A DNA stretch of 64,000 nt. Origin: Eledone cirrhosa. Taxonomy: Eukaryota. Made by a program: the position numbers and the translations under genes. Below, one piece after another: positions 13,910-27,302 of the stretch (position 1 is the first letter of the stretch; every line of letters starts with the position of its first letter). The stretch covers positions 46,438,001 to 46,502,000 of the forward strand of contig OZ024748.1 of NCBI GenBank assembly GCA_964016885.1, written 5' to 3'. The notes under the pieces are model-generated. The model made no database searches and was not told the origin of the DNA. It saw only the letters and a list, made by a program, of their open reading frames with translations.

Positions 13910-15020
13910 ACGTAAAATAAGAAAATTTCTTTAAAAAAATTTTAAAAAAAAATGAACTTACTTACTTAAATTTTCACTCCAACTAATTAGTTTCTGCAAT
14001 GGGATAAAGACAGTTACGTAATGAACTGTTGAGAATTTCATTGCGTCATCAGGGAGGTCATTCTCAGCCGAGTCTCCAGGCGATGCGCGGACACTGGGGA
14101 TTCATATAAAAATAATAATAATTCGGCAACTGGAACAGCTATCGAGGACTGGATTCCAGCCACTGAAAATTCTCACTGCCACTGATCATATGGCCGATTC
14201 TAAAGAATCAATCACGTGACACAGAGGCTAGTCAGTAGGAATGGGATGGTAAGATGACAGACGCCTACTAACACCCCCAACAAAATTTAGAAGTGGTTTT
14301 GGCAGGTTTGCTCGACAAATCAGTGATTTGGAGATAAATATAGATAATTTAATATATCTACTAACATAAGCGCACAGATGTACGCTAATGCCAGCAAATA
14401 CACAGGTTATGTCATAGTACCTAGGTGGTTCAATGCAGGAGAATGCAGAACAATAATATATAAGACGTAAAATAAGAAAATTTCTTAAAAAAAATTTTTT
14501 TTTTTAAATTAACTTACTTACTTAAATTTTCACTCCAACTAATTAGTTTCTGCAATGGGATAAAGACAGTTACGTAATGAACTGTTGAGAATTTCATTGC
14601 GTCATCAGGGAGGTCATTCTCAGGTTGTTCTGCATTCTCCTGCATTGAACCACCTAGGTACTATGACATAACCTGTGTATTTGCTGGCATTAGCGTACAT
14701 CTGTGCGCTTATGTTAGTAGATATATTAAATTATCTATATTTATCTCCAAATCACTGATTTGTCGAGCAAACCTGCCAAAACCACTTCTAAACTTCTAAA
14801 TTATTTTGGAGGTGTTAGTAGGCGTCTGTCATCTTACCATCCCATTCCTACTGACTAGCCTCTGTGTCACGTGATTGATTCTTTAGAATCGGCCATATGA
14901 TCAGTGGCAGTGAGAATTTTCAGTGGCTGGAATCCAGTCCTCGATAGCTGTTCCAGTTGCCGAATTATTATTATTTTTATATGAGTCCCCAGTGTCCGCG
15001 CATCGCCTGGAGACTCGGCT
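13905..15020. mobile_element. X-Y-X-Y(inverted) repeat unit, probable PLE terminal structure
   Basis: X (13905-14067) repeated at 14460-14623; Y (14066-14455) inverted at 14624-15020; X holds a minimal minus-strand CTGATGA-CGCAAT-GAAA motif. Confidence 0.75.
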
Positions 15021-15306
15021 GTACGGGAGCCTCCCAAAAGTCAGGTCGAGAGTAGCACAGATGAGTCTGAGGTTAGCTGGACATGCTCACCGACATCCAG
15101 AGTTGACACTGTACTCAGTGCTCCTGTGGGAGCCCCTGCATGGACACACTGGAAGAGGTAGACCGAGGTTGACATATGTTGATGCCCTAAGGACAGACAC
15201 TGGTCTCTTGGAGACGCAGGACATGGCAGCGATGATGAGGGACAGAGACCGCTGGAGAGAACTCGTCCATGGATCTCGGGAATTTTACGCGCCCCTAGAT
15301 ATATAG
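15019..15306 (+). pseudogene. 3' fragment of RTE LINE (same family as 34035-35553)
   Basis: LYGSLPKV..RLAGHAHRHPELTL..GRPRLTYVDAL..RWRELVHGSREFY nearly identical to the longer copy. Confidence 0.92.
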
Positions 15307-15681
15307 CGAATTTATATCTATTTTTTAACCATTGGTCAATCAATGATAAACATCGATTGCCAGATAAATTAACTATAGAGATATAAATGATACAGAAGCG
15401 AAAACCAATCCAAACCAAACAGTGAGTGTATTTTATTATATATCGAGGGAGATAGATAGATTAGTAGATAGAAGTGCAGTAAGTTTGAGATTTTTTACGA
15501 AGGAGTGCTTAGTTTGAAAGAGAATAATTGCGACAATAACAAGGAAACAAACGCCATTGGTCAATGAAACTCAGTGAGGTATGGAGGAGTGGGTGGTGAG
15601 TTAGAGAGTAAGAGAGATAAATATAGATAAAGATACATTAATAAAACAGAGAGAGAGAAAGAGAAAGAGAGAGAGAGATAG

Positions 15682-15733
<52 letters not shown>

Positions 15734-16106
15734 GATAGTTAGGATAGTAGAAAGTAACAAGAACAAACAAAAAAGACAGTGTTATTGTGACGACGGAGTT
15801 TGTAATGAAGATTGAGGTAATGGCTGGGTAGTAGATAGAGGAAAAGTGATAGAATGAGGGTCAGGTAGATTATGATTAAGGGCCAGTGGTGTCCTAATTT
15901 GAATCTGATAAGATCGCTACCGTGGTTAAGGGCGTTGTTGTTTGAATTATCTTTCACCTGAATAGTTCGCACGAATTACGAAGGTTAAATTAATCCTCTC
16001 ATACAATGTACAGAGATCACAGTTATCGTTGTTGGAGACATGTTGACATTGGAATCTTACACTGTGTGTGTTTGTGTGTGTGTGTGTATATATATATATG
16101 TATATG

Positions 16107-16138
<32 letters not shown>

Positions 16139-16442
16139 ATTTATATGTGTGTGTGTATATATATATATGATATATATATATATGTATATACATATATATA
16201 CATATACATACACACACACATATATATATATATATATACACACATATATATATATATATACACATATATACATATGTATACATATATATACACACATGCA
16301 TATATATATATATGTGTGTGTGTGTGTGTATAATATATTAATATATTACTCTATATTTTAGGAAAGAAATATGAAAGTACAACATGATTGATAATTAGAC
16401 ATTCCTTCTGAGACAGAGCTGAACACACACACACACATACAC

Positions 16443-16506
<64 letters not shown>

Positions 16507-16508
<2 letters not shown>

Positions 16509-17821
16509 AAATATCTTTAAGTCGTTTGGAAGACTCGACAATGCAAATGGGTAAATCTCCAGGTAACAAGATCCGGTGGGTGTACGTTGAGATGCGTGGT
16601 GTGTATAAGATGTGTAAATGTGTAGAAGAAAGAAGGGAAGAGTATAAAGGATAAAATAAAAATAACAACACAAGAGAGAGTTACCTTGGGAGAGATTTAA
16701 TAGTCCCTATATATTTCGGATTCACATCCATCAACTAGGGGTTTTTTTCCGGGGTAAAGGTTGCCTCTCCAAGAAACCAGGGAAATCTACTGACGCATGC
16801 TCCCTCAGAGACTGCCCGATACGCCATGCGAACTGTTGCCTACGCACATACGTCGTGTATAAGATAGAATGTGACATGTGCAACCAATACTACATAGGTA
16901 GGTAGCACAATCCGACCTTTGCACATCCGGATCAAGGAACACACTAAAACCAGGGCCTCGTCTTTCCGGAAACACATAGACAAATGCGGAAACAAAGACG
17001 GAAGGCCCATTGTCACAATTCTAGCGACTGAAATAAACGTCGGCACGTTACGTATCAAGGAAGCGCTTTTTATCAAACGCCTGCAACCGCAAATAAACAA
17101 CCGATTAGAGAGAAGCGAAATGAGATGGCTGGTTTAAGTTAACAAACGATGTAGCAACACACAACACACGCACACACAAACGAGACAACTACACACACAC
17201 ACATACGCACACACACACAGTAACATTCCACCATACGAACATACTACACTGCCAATACAGAGGAACAAGGCAACAACACACGCACACACACACACACTCA
17301 AGCGAGACAACAACACACGCGCACACACACACAATAACATTTAACAAACAGGCAGAGAATGGACTGACAGCTAGCGCCACCCCACTCCCTCATTCGGCCG
17401 CTGACCTCTGCCCGACCGACCCCATTTCACGCGCATGCGCGCTCTGCCGAATACCTCAGATATTCAAAACAACAAACAGCGGAGGACGCGTTTCGCACTT
17501 GTCCGACAGACAACCTTTACCCCGGAAAAAAAAACCCAGTTGATGGATGTGAATCCGAAATATATAGGGACTATTAAATCTCTCCCAAGGTAACTCTCTC
17601 TTGTGTTGTTATTTTATCCTTTATACTCTTCCCTTCTTTCTTCTACACATTTACACATCTTATACACACCACGCAGCTCAACGTACACCCACTTACATCT
17701 CTCTCTCCACCACCGGATCTTGTTACCCGGAGATTTACCCATTTGCATTGTCGAGGCTTCCAAACGACTTAAAGATATTTACTTATTATTCCACAATGCT
17801 TCAAGCAAACTTCAATACTCT

Positions 17822-17825
<4 letters not shown>
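16507..17825 (+). mobile_element. Penelope-like element remnant: GIY-YIG endonuclease with inverted terminal repeat
   Basis: CPIRHANCCLRTYVVYKIECDMCNQYYIG, 4-bp AGGT duplication (frameshift), STIRPLHIRIKEH..KEALFIKRLQPQINN; arms 16507-16765 and 17513-17785; degenerate HHR at ~17535-17570. Confidence 0.88.
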
Positions 17826-17876
<51 letters not shown>

Positions 17877-17981
17877 ATATATACACGTATGTATGTATTT
17901 ATAAGACATCTTCATTGTCATCTCCCTTTGTGGAGGATTGTATCCCACGGAATTTATCTGTGTTGTATGTCCCTAATAAAA

Positions 17982-18040
<59 letters not shown>

Positions 18041-18047
<7 letters not shown>

Positions 18048-18280
18048 TTCAAAATATTAACAAAATAGATATTCTTGTGATCAATTATATTTTATTATAC
18101 ATATTTCAGAGGTACTGAGTTAAGTTCAATAGTACGTCCTCATCAGATAAAATAAAATGATCATTTTATTTTATCTGATGAGGACGTACTGTTGAACTTA
18201 ACTCAGTACCTCTGAAATATGTATAATAAAATATAATTGATCACAAGAATATCTATTTTGTTAATATTTTGAATTAATAT
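18041..18280. ncRNA. Near-perfect palindrome with mirrored type I HHRs (18167-18233 +, 18088-18154 -)
   Basis: TATTTTAT-CTGATGA-stem II (GTACTG/CAGTAC)-GAA-ATA-TG-TAT-A^ATAAAATA. Confidence 0.85.
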
Positions 18281-18369
18281 TAATAACTCTGGAAAACCTA
18301 ACTATTGAGTGCTTCCAATCTATTGTAAAACTCATTCTTTGATGTATTCATTGAACCTTGTTTAACTTT

Positions 18370-18437
<68 letters not shown>

Positions 18438-18440
<3 letters not shown>

Positions 18441-18520
18441 AGGGTGTTCCCCCAAGATGTATAAACACTTTGAGTTATCTGTTGTTGAAACGAGTATACA
18501 GTTTTTTGGGACATCCTGTA
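18438..18520. mobile_element. Small Tc1/mariner-type MITE (relatives at 22682-22785 and 35810-35898)
   Basis: TIR CAGGGTGT(T/C)CC..GGGACA(T/C)CCTG in TA context. Confidence 0.65.
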
Positions 18521-18697
18521 TATTTATATGTATACATATATACATATATAACGAAGGAAGTCCGGTAAGGAACGAGGTGGACCATAACGCACCAGAAAAG
18601 AGACAGGACCACGCGTTCATAAATAGCCGCCGAAACGGCTGGAGCTGAACCATCGGCGTCCTGACTCTTTTTTCCTACATGCACATATATATAATTA

Positions 18698-18990
18698 TCT
18701 ATAAAAGGCAGATTGTTGTTGTGTGTGTGTGCATGATCCATGTTTATACATTAGCACAATTTCAAACCGATTCGACTCAACGTCTGTAAGAATGTTGTAA
18801 ATGATCTAACAATGGTCAACGACTATTTATTTCATTCAAACTCACCAACAATTACGAAATAATCGATAAAACTAAATACATGATGCTTTATCCCTCTAAT
18901 ACAATCAGATTTACTCTCTATTCCCCTTATAATTCGATAAAATTACATACATGCTGCAACTTTCTCTTATATACGATTAAACTTACAAAC

Positions 18991-19063
<73 letters not shown>

Positions 19064-19681
19064 ACGTTTGTTTTTGAGTGTCGAACGGTCAAACATTTAT
19101 TTACTTCAATGACAAAGAGAACTGATTACATTTCATACCAAACAACAATTATTCAAAAGCAACAGGTAAATTTATTCAACAACAAAAAAAATAGCGTTAA
19201 ATCTTTTTTAAAACATCTATCAACGAACTGCTAGAAACAGCAGCTAACTCTCTCCCATATCACACCACTCCCTACTGTCTTAAATTTAGAAAACATATCC
19301 TCTATGAGGTCACTAAACCTGCTAGAAACAGCAGCTAAATCTCCCCCATATCACACCCCTCCCTACTAACTTAAATTTAGAAAACACACACTAGACAACC
19401 ATGCAGAACAACTCCATCGCAGCTCTGTTCGGCTGGCACCGTCTACGCGCGTGTTGCGCAAGTACTGTGAAACTATAAATTTCAACACTTCTTTGCACAG
19501 AGATAATATCCATAGGCGAAATTACAATTGTCACTGCTGGTGCAGCTCCTGCTTCGGCAGTCCATGTCTGCAATTTATTCACCCAGTGCCTGGCAGACAA
19601 AAAGGTGCTGCCATAAAATGTGTGGTGCAACCTAACTTTGGTAACTTACTGACCCCGAGCAACGCGGGGCTTTAATGCTAG
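18698..19681 (+). mobile_element. Probable non-autonomous Helitron
   Basis: 5' TC after A; 3' hairpin CCCCGAGCAACGCGGGG then CTAG followed by T; 5' boundary less certain. Confidence 0.55.
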
Positions 19682-20265
19682 TATATATATATACAATGTT
19701 GATCAATGAAAACATATGGTTTAGTAGTTAACTCATCCATTGTGTTACGATCATTTCAGAGTGCAATAATGTCAACGAAATACCTCCGTTCTGCTGCCCA
19801 TTCTCACAAACAATGGCTTTGCTTCGACATTACAACTAGTTTTAAGAGGGTTGTAATTATACATTAATCGCGTAGAAAATGATTGAGTATATAGTATATA
19901 TATAATATTTCAACTTATTAGATATCATAGAAAGTATAAAGTTTAGGAAAACGAGACTGACCAGACTTAATGTTGAGCAAGATAAGATTTACTTCTCACA
20001 ATTTGTCAACATTTTAACTCTAATTCACAATATATATTTTAATGGGACAACCTTAGGAACAGGCCATTTATATTAATTTTTAAAATATAAAATTTCTTTT
20101 ATTAAGGCTAAATAGTGATCCTTGTTACTCTGAAGTTTCACCTGTTTATCACACAGCCATCCGATGGTCCTTTGACGAAAAGGTGAAACTACGTAGTAAC
20201 ACGACTCTGTTCAGATTTAATAAAATGAATATTAACACTCTACTTCGGTATTCAACAACATACAG

Positions 20266-20317
<52 letters not shown>

Positions 20318-20322
<5 letters not shown>

Positions 20323-21735
20323 GTTATGCTTTGGGAGAGTCATGTTGCCAATAAGAAACACACGCCCCAGTCGCTTTCACTCCCATTTATTATAAATTAA
20401 ATTTATAAATTTCTGGTTGGTTGGTTCCAAAACCAGACGATTGTTCATATATTGTCAAAGTTCTTTCGTCACAGATTCTGTGACCCCTTCAGTGACTCAG
20501 CTGTTTCGAACAACACCAAAATAAACATACTGATTGCGGATTTGGTACGGGCGAAAAGAAACGTGCCCCGCATGCAACCCTAAAGAACTAGAGAGACACA
20601 TACTACACTTCATCCACCGTATGCAGTTCTCTGGTTACAATCAGAGAGATAAAATCAGAGTATATAGAGGAGCCGGAACCAAATGGGATAAAATGGTAAA
20701 TAATGATACAAATGGGACCTGTCCCTTGTATAGGAGCAAATTTTGGAATAGAATAGAAAGAACTAGGAATAAGTTTAATAGAATAAACTCATGGTATGAT
20801 AGCAATAAATACCAGAATGTAATATTCATCAATACAACCCCTAGAGGTGAATTAGCTTACACATTTAGAAGGGCCCTAGATAAACAGAAACTCAATATTA
20901 AGATAGTAGAAAGACCAGGTACCTCCATAAAAACACTTATTAACAATACATACCCTTTTCAAAGACATCCCTATATAGATAAGAAATATATAATCTGTAA
21001 ACTAAGCCCCCATATTAACTGTAAAATTTGAAATGTAGTATATAGCATAAGATGAACTGAAGGAGAATGTAGAGATAAGAATATAGTGTACATAGGTGAG
21101 ACAGCTCGTAGTATGGGAGAACGGATAAATGAACACTGGCGAGAGCTTCAAGATAGTAAAGAATCATCTGTACTCCACCAACATGCTAAAATAACACATA
21201 AGGGTAAATTAGAAAACATAGAAATAAAAATAGAATCTACACACAGAAAAGACGCAATGTTTAGACAAATCACAGAGGCAATAAACATAAATGAACTCCA
21301 ACCAAAATTAAATAGAAAACATGAATGGAATAGCAACGCCACAACTTACAATTAAGGACAAAATGAAAACACAAACACACACAGAACAAACAACCAACCA
21401 GTATCATGTAAATAAACAAATAAATAAACAAATATAAACACACACAGACACCCGGATGTAACACATGCGCAAACTAAGCACACAACACACACAAAAACAC
21501 GATGGCGTAGGACAGAACAAAGGAGAGGCACAAAAACAAAGAAAAGAATCCCCAGTCACTGAAGAGGTCACAGAATGTGTGACGAAAGAACTTTGACAAT
21601 ATATGAACAATCATCTGGTTGTGGAACCAACCAAGCGACCAGAAATTTATAAATTCTTAAATTTATAAATTGGAGTGAAAGCCACTGGTGCCTGTGTTTC
21701 TTATTGGCAACATGACCCTCCCAAAGCATAACAAT
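20318..21735 (+). mobile_element. Penelope-like element remnant (RT C-terminus/linker and GIY-YIG) with inverted terminal repeat and HHR at 21555-21597
   Basis: One frame 20534-21355 with two TGA: NVVYSIR*TEGEC..YIGETARSMGERINEH..RQITEAINI..PKLNRKHE; arms 20318-20500 and 21553-21735; GTCA-CTGAAGA-G-GTCACA/TGTGAC-GAA-AGAACT-T^TGAC. Confidence 0.9.
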
Positions 21736-21811
21736 ATCGGTTTCAACACACGTTTTCAGATAAAGAATCTTGCTAAACAAATTCAGAAACGAAATATATA
21801 TATATATATAT

Positions 21812-22240
21812 ATTAATAAAACGAATTCCAACTTTGCCTGATTTACTCGTTTTATTTACAATCCTCTAAAATTGATAATGGTATTAGAATGAAATAGTAT
21901 GGTAGAATATTAAATGTTAAGTGTTAATTGAACAAGTACTTTCATGCTTTCGCAATCTTCAGGTTCATATTGTGTGGTGACAGTCAAGTTTGCAATTTTC
22001 AACTGTTGAGAATTGCAAACTTGACTGTCACCACACAATTTGAACCTGAAGATTGCGAAAGCATGAAAGTACTTGTTCAATTAACACTTAACATTTAATA
22101 TTCTACCATACTATTTCATTCTAATACCATTATAAATTTTAGAGGATTGTAAATAAAACGAGTAAATCAGACAAAGTTGGAATTCGTTTTATTAGTATAA
22201 TCTTCTATACACAATCATACACACCCGTGTATATTTATCT
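21812..22240. ncRNA. Palindromic PLE-type unit with mirrored type I HHRs (22040-22080 +)
   Basis: TTGAAC-CTGAAGA-TTGCGAAAGCAT-GAA-AGTACT-T^GTTCAA; palindromic stem III; second copy at 61581-61975. Confidence 0.88.
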
Positions 22241-22333
22241 ATCTATCTATCTCTATATATATATATATATAAGAACATAGTTGTATTAATACATATACAG
22301 ATCTCTCTCTGTACCTGTGTATGTATGTATGTG

Positions 22334-22378
<45 letters not shown>

Positions 22379-22653
22379 GTGATTACCTGATTGTGCCAAA
22401 GTATAAGTATCAGGGCGTTGTCTATTAACAATGTAAGCCTGTTGTTTTGTGGAGTTAAGTATTAGAACATCTCAAAAGACACAATCACACACGGTGGTCA
22501 CTATATCAAGAGCAGATAGCAACTGTAACAACTACAACAACACCTCCAATGATAAGAACACAGCTACTATAACAACAACAATAACTAAAACAACAACTAC
22601 GAACTCAACAAAATAACAAAAGTAATAATAGCAAATACTTTATATATATACAG

Positions 22654-22684
<31 letters not shown>

Positions 22685-22852
22685 TGGGTGTCTCCTAAAA
22701 ATGTATACACACTTTGATTACCTGTACAGGTAATATATATTAGAATGCTGTTGAAGTGTGTATACATTTTTGGGACAGCCTGCATGTATATATATATATA
22801 ATCCTTATCGAGCCCACTTAGGATTTTGGTATTCACAATTATTATTATTATC

Positions 22853-22936
<84 letters not shown>

Positions 22937-22940
<4 letters not shown>

Positions 22941-23386
22941 AATAATGGAGCTGCGGCGTTGCAAATGGGTTACATATAAAAAAGTGAGTCCTTCATCAGT
23001 GACCCTCCAACCGTCCTAGGCATTTCATCGCTTTAAGGGCCATATACCTCAGGTTGGTGCGAACAACGGCTAAAAAAAGTTGTTGGGACACGTAAATAAA
23101 GAGAACGTTAGGGTGAACAAACAAAATGGTTTAAGCAACAGAAAGTGAGAAGAAAGAGACAAGTCCCAGATTTCTATGAATATAAACTCGATAAAATCGT
23201 GAACTACAGAATAAAGACCATCAGACCTGGTTGAAATGTGAGCAAGGAAGGAATTTCACCCTAACGTTCTCTTTATTTACGTGTCCCAACGATTTTTTTT
23301 GCCGTTGTTCGCACCAACCTGAGGTATATGGCCCTTAAAGCGATGAAATGCCTAGGACGGTTGGAGGGTCACTGATGAAGGACTCA

Positions 23387-23395
<9 letters not shown>
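22937..23395. mobile_element. Family G fold-back element with two permuted hammerhead copies (22988-23089 -, 23283-23383 +)
   Basis: Inverted arms flanked by (TA)n; both arms contain the full motif. Confidence 0.82.
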
Positions 23396-23436
<41 letters not shown>

Positions 23437-23439
<3 letters not shown>

Positions 23440-23602
23440 CTCTCATGGAATGACCAAATGACGTAGTTCTTTTCAACATAATGCCTGGAAAGAAACAATG
23501 CTGTTATTAATAAGAAGAGTTGACATTAATTCATGCAAGATTTTACAAAACTACCATCATACCATCACAGTCAGCCTATGAACTTTTCAGCCTACCTTCG
23601 TA
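23437..23602 (-). mobile_element. mariner-derived MITE family (also 26098-26445 x3 tandem, 31595-31855 x2, 42088-42265)
   Basis: TIR-like CAGCCTATGAACTTTTCAGCCTACCTTCGTA; shared ~135-bp internal unit. Confidence 0.65.
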
Positions 23603-24089
23603 TATCTATCTACCTGTATCCATTTGTTGCTGTTCTTGTTGTTGTAGTCATTACACTAGAGAGATAAAGAACTTGAAGTTGTAATATAATTAATTGTACA
23701 ATAACCGATTTGTTGATCTACTAACAACAACAACAACACCAGCAACGATACTAACAACGATAACAACAACAACATTTATTATCTTAGATAAAACGTCCGT
23801 GTATTAGTGTAGTAATTTGAAATGTCCTTTCTTTATGTAACCGTTAGTATGTGTACGTGTCTGTCTGTGTGTATATATATCTGTGTATGTGTTTGTCTGT
23901 TTACCTGTCTGTCTTACTGCCTGTTTCTCTGTTTCCCTTGCCCTCTCACTCACACACACAGGCGTGCGCACACGTACAACTCTGTTGTTGTTGCTACAGC
24001 TGACACCTGTGGGGGTTTAGCTGGCCTCCTCCAAGGTATATCTCGTTGGAGGTGTCTTGGGTAATTTAATGATAGGGACCCCAGTCCTA

Positions 24090-24237
24090 TCATCTCATTT
24101 CTACAGCTGAGTAAACTGGAGCAATGTAAAATAAAGTGTCTTGCTCAAGGAAACAACACATCACCCGGTCCGAGAATTCAACTCAACCTTTCGATTGCAA
24201 GCCCAATGCTCTAACCACTAAGCCATGCGCCTTCACA
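24090..24237 (-). mobile_element. SINE family 2 (also 29075-29352 and 11780-11850)
   Basis: Minus strand GGCGCATGGCTTAGTGGTTAGAGC..CCTTGAGCAAGACACTT. Confidence 0.75.
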
Positions 24238-24476
24238 GCTCTATATATAGATAGTTCATTTTCCCCTTTCAGCTAGATGTCTCGATCAACGCCTTTTAAA
24301 ACAAGATTATCTTACACAAAATACCCGCATCAACAGTTTCCCTAGAGATGGTGACATGAATAAACCTGTTTTTTTTTTCTCTAAAAAAAAGTCTTTTAGT
24401 TTCTGCCACTGCCCATCTCAACGTGATACTTTGCGAAAACTGCAAAGCATGTAATAGGTAGACCACTAACGCTTTC

Positions 24477-24659
24477 AATTGGTAGTATCGGTAGAGGGTC
24501 TGACGTCATGCTTTGCAGCAAAGAGTTACGACCCTTGCCATTCTGAGTTCAAATCTCGCTGAGGTTAACTTTGCCTTTCATCCTTATGTGGTCGATAAAG
24601 TAAAGTACCAGTACTGGATAATTGCTGGCCTTGTGCCAAAAATTGAAACAATTATTATT
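24477..24659 (+). mobile_element. SINE family 1
   Basis: Matches family consensus. Confidence 0.9.
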
Positions 24660-25271
24660 CTGAAGATAACCCGGTAGATGTCTCGAAACTTTAAGGACTC
24701 GTGAACTTAGGAAAGCTATCGTTCTGTACTAAACAGAGAGTGCTTACAAATTTTTCATGAAAATACTAAACTTGAAAACAGTCGTGTTTTAAATAACATG
24801 ATTAAAAGTTACAATTTATGTAGATATAAATACATTTTATAATTAGAAACCAGTAGAAAGCTGGATAAGAAACAATATTTAGTTTCACTATCAACACCAT
24901 CAATTAAATTTCTATTCACTATGATGTTCAATAAAATACTGTATAGTACATATCCAGAGACTTTCATTAATGACCTTCGGTCTTTCACACTCAATATATA
25001 TATATCTGGGAATGTGTATATATATAGAATCATTAGAACATCTGACAAGTCAGTCAATCATTCGAATCCTTTTTATTAGAAACCTCGCGTGAAAGAAAGG
25101 ATTTTAAACCCATTTAACCCCTGTACATAGAAACATATGTTCGTATCAGTGACTATTGTTTGCTCATCAGAGGACATCTGCCCCTACGATTGGTCCCAGT
25201 GAGAAAAGCTGATGGTCCCACTATTTAAATCAAGCGAAGTAAAGAACAATTTTGGTGATATAATTAATCAA

Positions 25272-25459
25272 ATAATTGTTTCTACTTTTGGCACAAGGCC
25301 AGCAATTTACCAGTGCATTACTGGTACTTTATTTTATCGACCTCGCAAGGATGAAAGGCTAAGTTAACCTCGACGGGATTTGAACTCAGAATGGCAAGGG
25401 CCGTGACTATATGCGTCAAAGCATGGCGTCCGACCCTCTACCGATACTGCCAATCCACC
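25272..25459 (-). mobile_element. SINE family 1
   Basis: 16-bp TSD TAATTAATCAAATAAT. Confidence 0.95.
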
Positions 25460-26521
25460 TAATTAATCAAATAATAAATAAAAGAAATGTGTTTGGAAAG
25501 CAGCGAGCGAAGGGGTTTTAGCAACGATATATATATAGAAACGTCGCCGTAAAATTGACTACATACTATAATCTAATAAAGGGGCCTATATATCCACTGA
25601 ACGGAAATAAAGATGGGTATGTGTGCTGAGACCGTTTTCCAGTTCAGTAGGTTTATACGCCCCATTATTAGACTAGATTATGGAATGAATGTTACAGCGA
25701 AGCTTCTAGTTCTACTTCATTTCCAAATAATATATATTTTTGCCAGACAAAATATATATATTGTTTATATTTATACACATTTATTATTTTTATTTCTAAT
25801 TTAGATCTTAACTCATTGTTTTTCGTTACAAATTTATTTGTCTACTTCATTTATTTATTTAACATTCATTAACTGATTATTTTCATACTTTATTCCTCAA
25901 TTTTAGTTTTTTCCATTATAAATTATTAATTATGTTTTTGCTAACTTGATATACCTAGTTGTTTTCTGTAAACAAATTATCTTTTGTTGGTGTTGTTTTC
26001 ACTGGGGAAATATATTGTTAATATAATTACTCTAGCCATATATTGTACAACATTGAAACTTTTATATGGCACAGTACTAATAAACACATCCGATAGATAC
26101 AAGGCTGGGCTGAAAAGATAAGAGCCTGACTATGAAGGAGTGATGCTAAGGCTGTGAAATATTGCATGCATTAATATCAACTGCATTGTTTTTTCCAGGC
26201 ACTTTGTTGGAAACTAACATCATTTGGTTTTTTAATTACATGAGACTATTTTGGCCAGCCTATGAAGGAGAGATGCTAGAGCTGTGAAATCTTGCCTGCA
26301 GTAATTTCAGCTCTTATTATAAATAACTGCATTGTTTTTCCCAGAAACTTTTTTGGAGACTAAATATCATTTGGTTTTTCCATTACATGAGAGTATCTTG
26401 GCTAGCCATTGAAGGAGTGATGCTAGGGCTGTGAAATCTTTTCGGCGAAAGGATTGTTGGGTCCATGATGTGAATACTTCTGTTTTGGGCCCCATTTCAC
26501 ATAACTGATTCACAGAGAGAA

Positions 26522-26552
<31 letters not shown>

Positions 26553-26571
26553 AAGAGAAGGAGTGAGAGAT

Positions 26572-26604
<33 letters not shown>

Positions 26605-26744
26605 AAGAAAGAGAGAGAGAGAGAGAGAGTGATCCCAGTGCTCGACTGGTCCATCATTTATTGGCTCCAAAGTATGGAAGGAAACAGTGAGGAGAAAGAA
26701 ATATTGGTTGAAATAATTGTTTAACCTTTTATTTACAGAAATAA

Positions 26745-27126
26745 TAATTGTTTCTACATTTGGCACAAGGCCAGCAATTACCCCATTGTATTACTGCTAC
26801 TTCATTTTATCGACCCCGTAAGGATGAAAGGCAAAGTTAACCTCGGCGGGATTTGAACTCAGATCATAAAGGGCCGTAACTTTATGCTGCAAAGCATGGC
26901 GTCCGACCCTCTACCGATACTGCCAACTCACCGCCATTTATTTACAGAAATAATAATGGTTTCTTATATAGGCACAAGGCCAGAAATTTGAAGGGAAGGG
27001 GAAAGTCGATTAAATATATCTCAGTGTATTACTGGTGCTTTATTTTATCGACCCCGTAAGAATGATTGGCAAGTTAACGTCAGTGGGATTTTAACTTAAA
27101 ACGTAAAGGGCCGTAACTCTATGGTG
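26745..27126 (-). mobile_element. Two adjacent SINE family 1 copies (short and long 3' variants)
   Basis: First copy has a 21-bp TSD TTTATTTACAGAAATAATAAT; second carries an extra GGGGAAAGTCGATTAAAT segment. Confidence 0.9.
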
Positions 27127-27302
27127 TCTGATATGTATATAATCTATAGTGTTTCATTTTTGCAAACCATAAATTTACAATCACTTAAATTTACAAATTT
27201 ACCTGATTTTTCACCTGTACTGTTGTCCTATTCTGTGTCGCATACCACACTTTGGTTCTCCAAAAATGTAAAACCATCAACGCTATTGTCATTTTTATTG
27301 AA

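Noticed and set aside
20124-20200. Further hammerhead-like remnants (also ~870-925, 24658-24700, 25130-25172, 37395-37445, 62825-62875)
   Set aside because: Core nucleotides or stems too degenerate to call individually
23310-23372. Twister ribozyme or SECIS reading of family G
   Set aside because: Superficial GCCC..AAGC..GAGGG likeness is not conserved in other copies and lacks the UAA cleavage loop; K-turn orientation is opposite to a SECIS
23345-23383. Canonical type II hammerhead reading of the family G motif (GAAA-UGCC-UA, short stem I)
   Set aside because: The required U16.1 is A in copies 1 and 4, stem III would be 1 bp, and the permuted fold explains more covariation; kept only as an alternative to test
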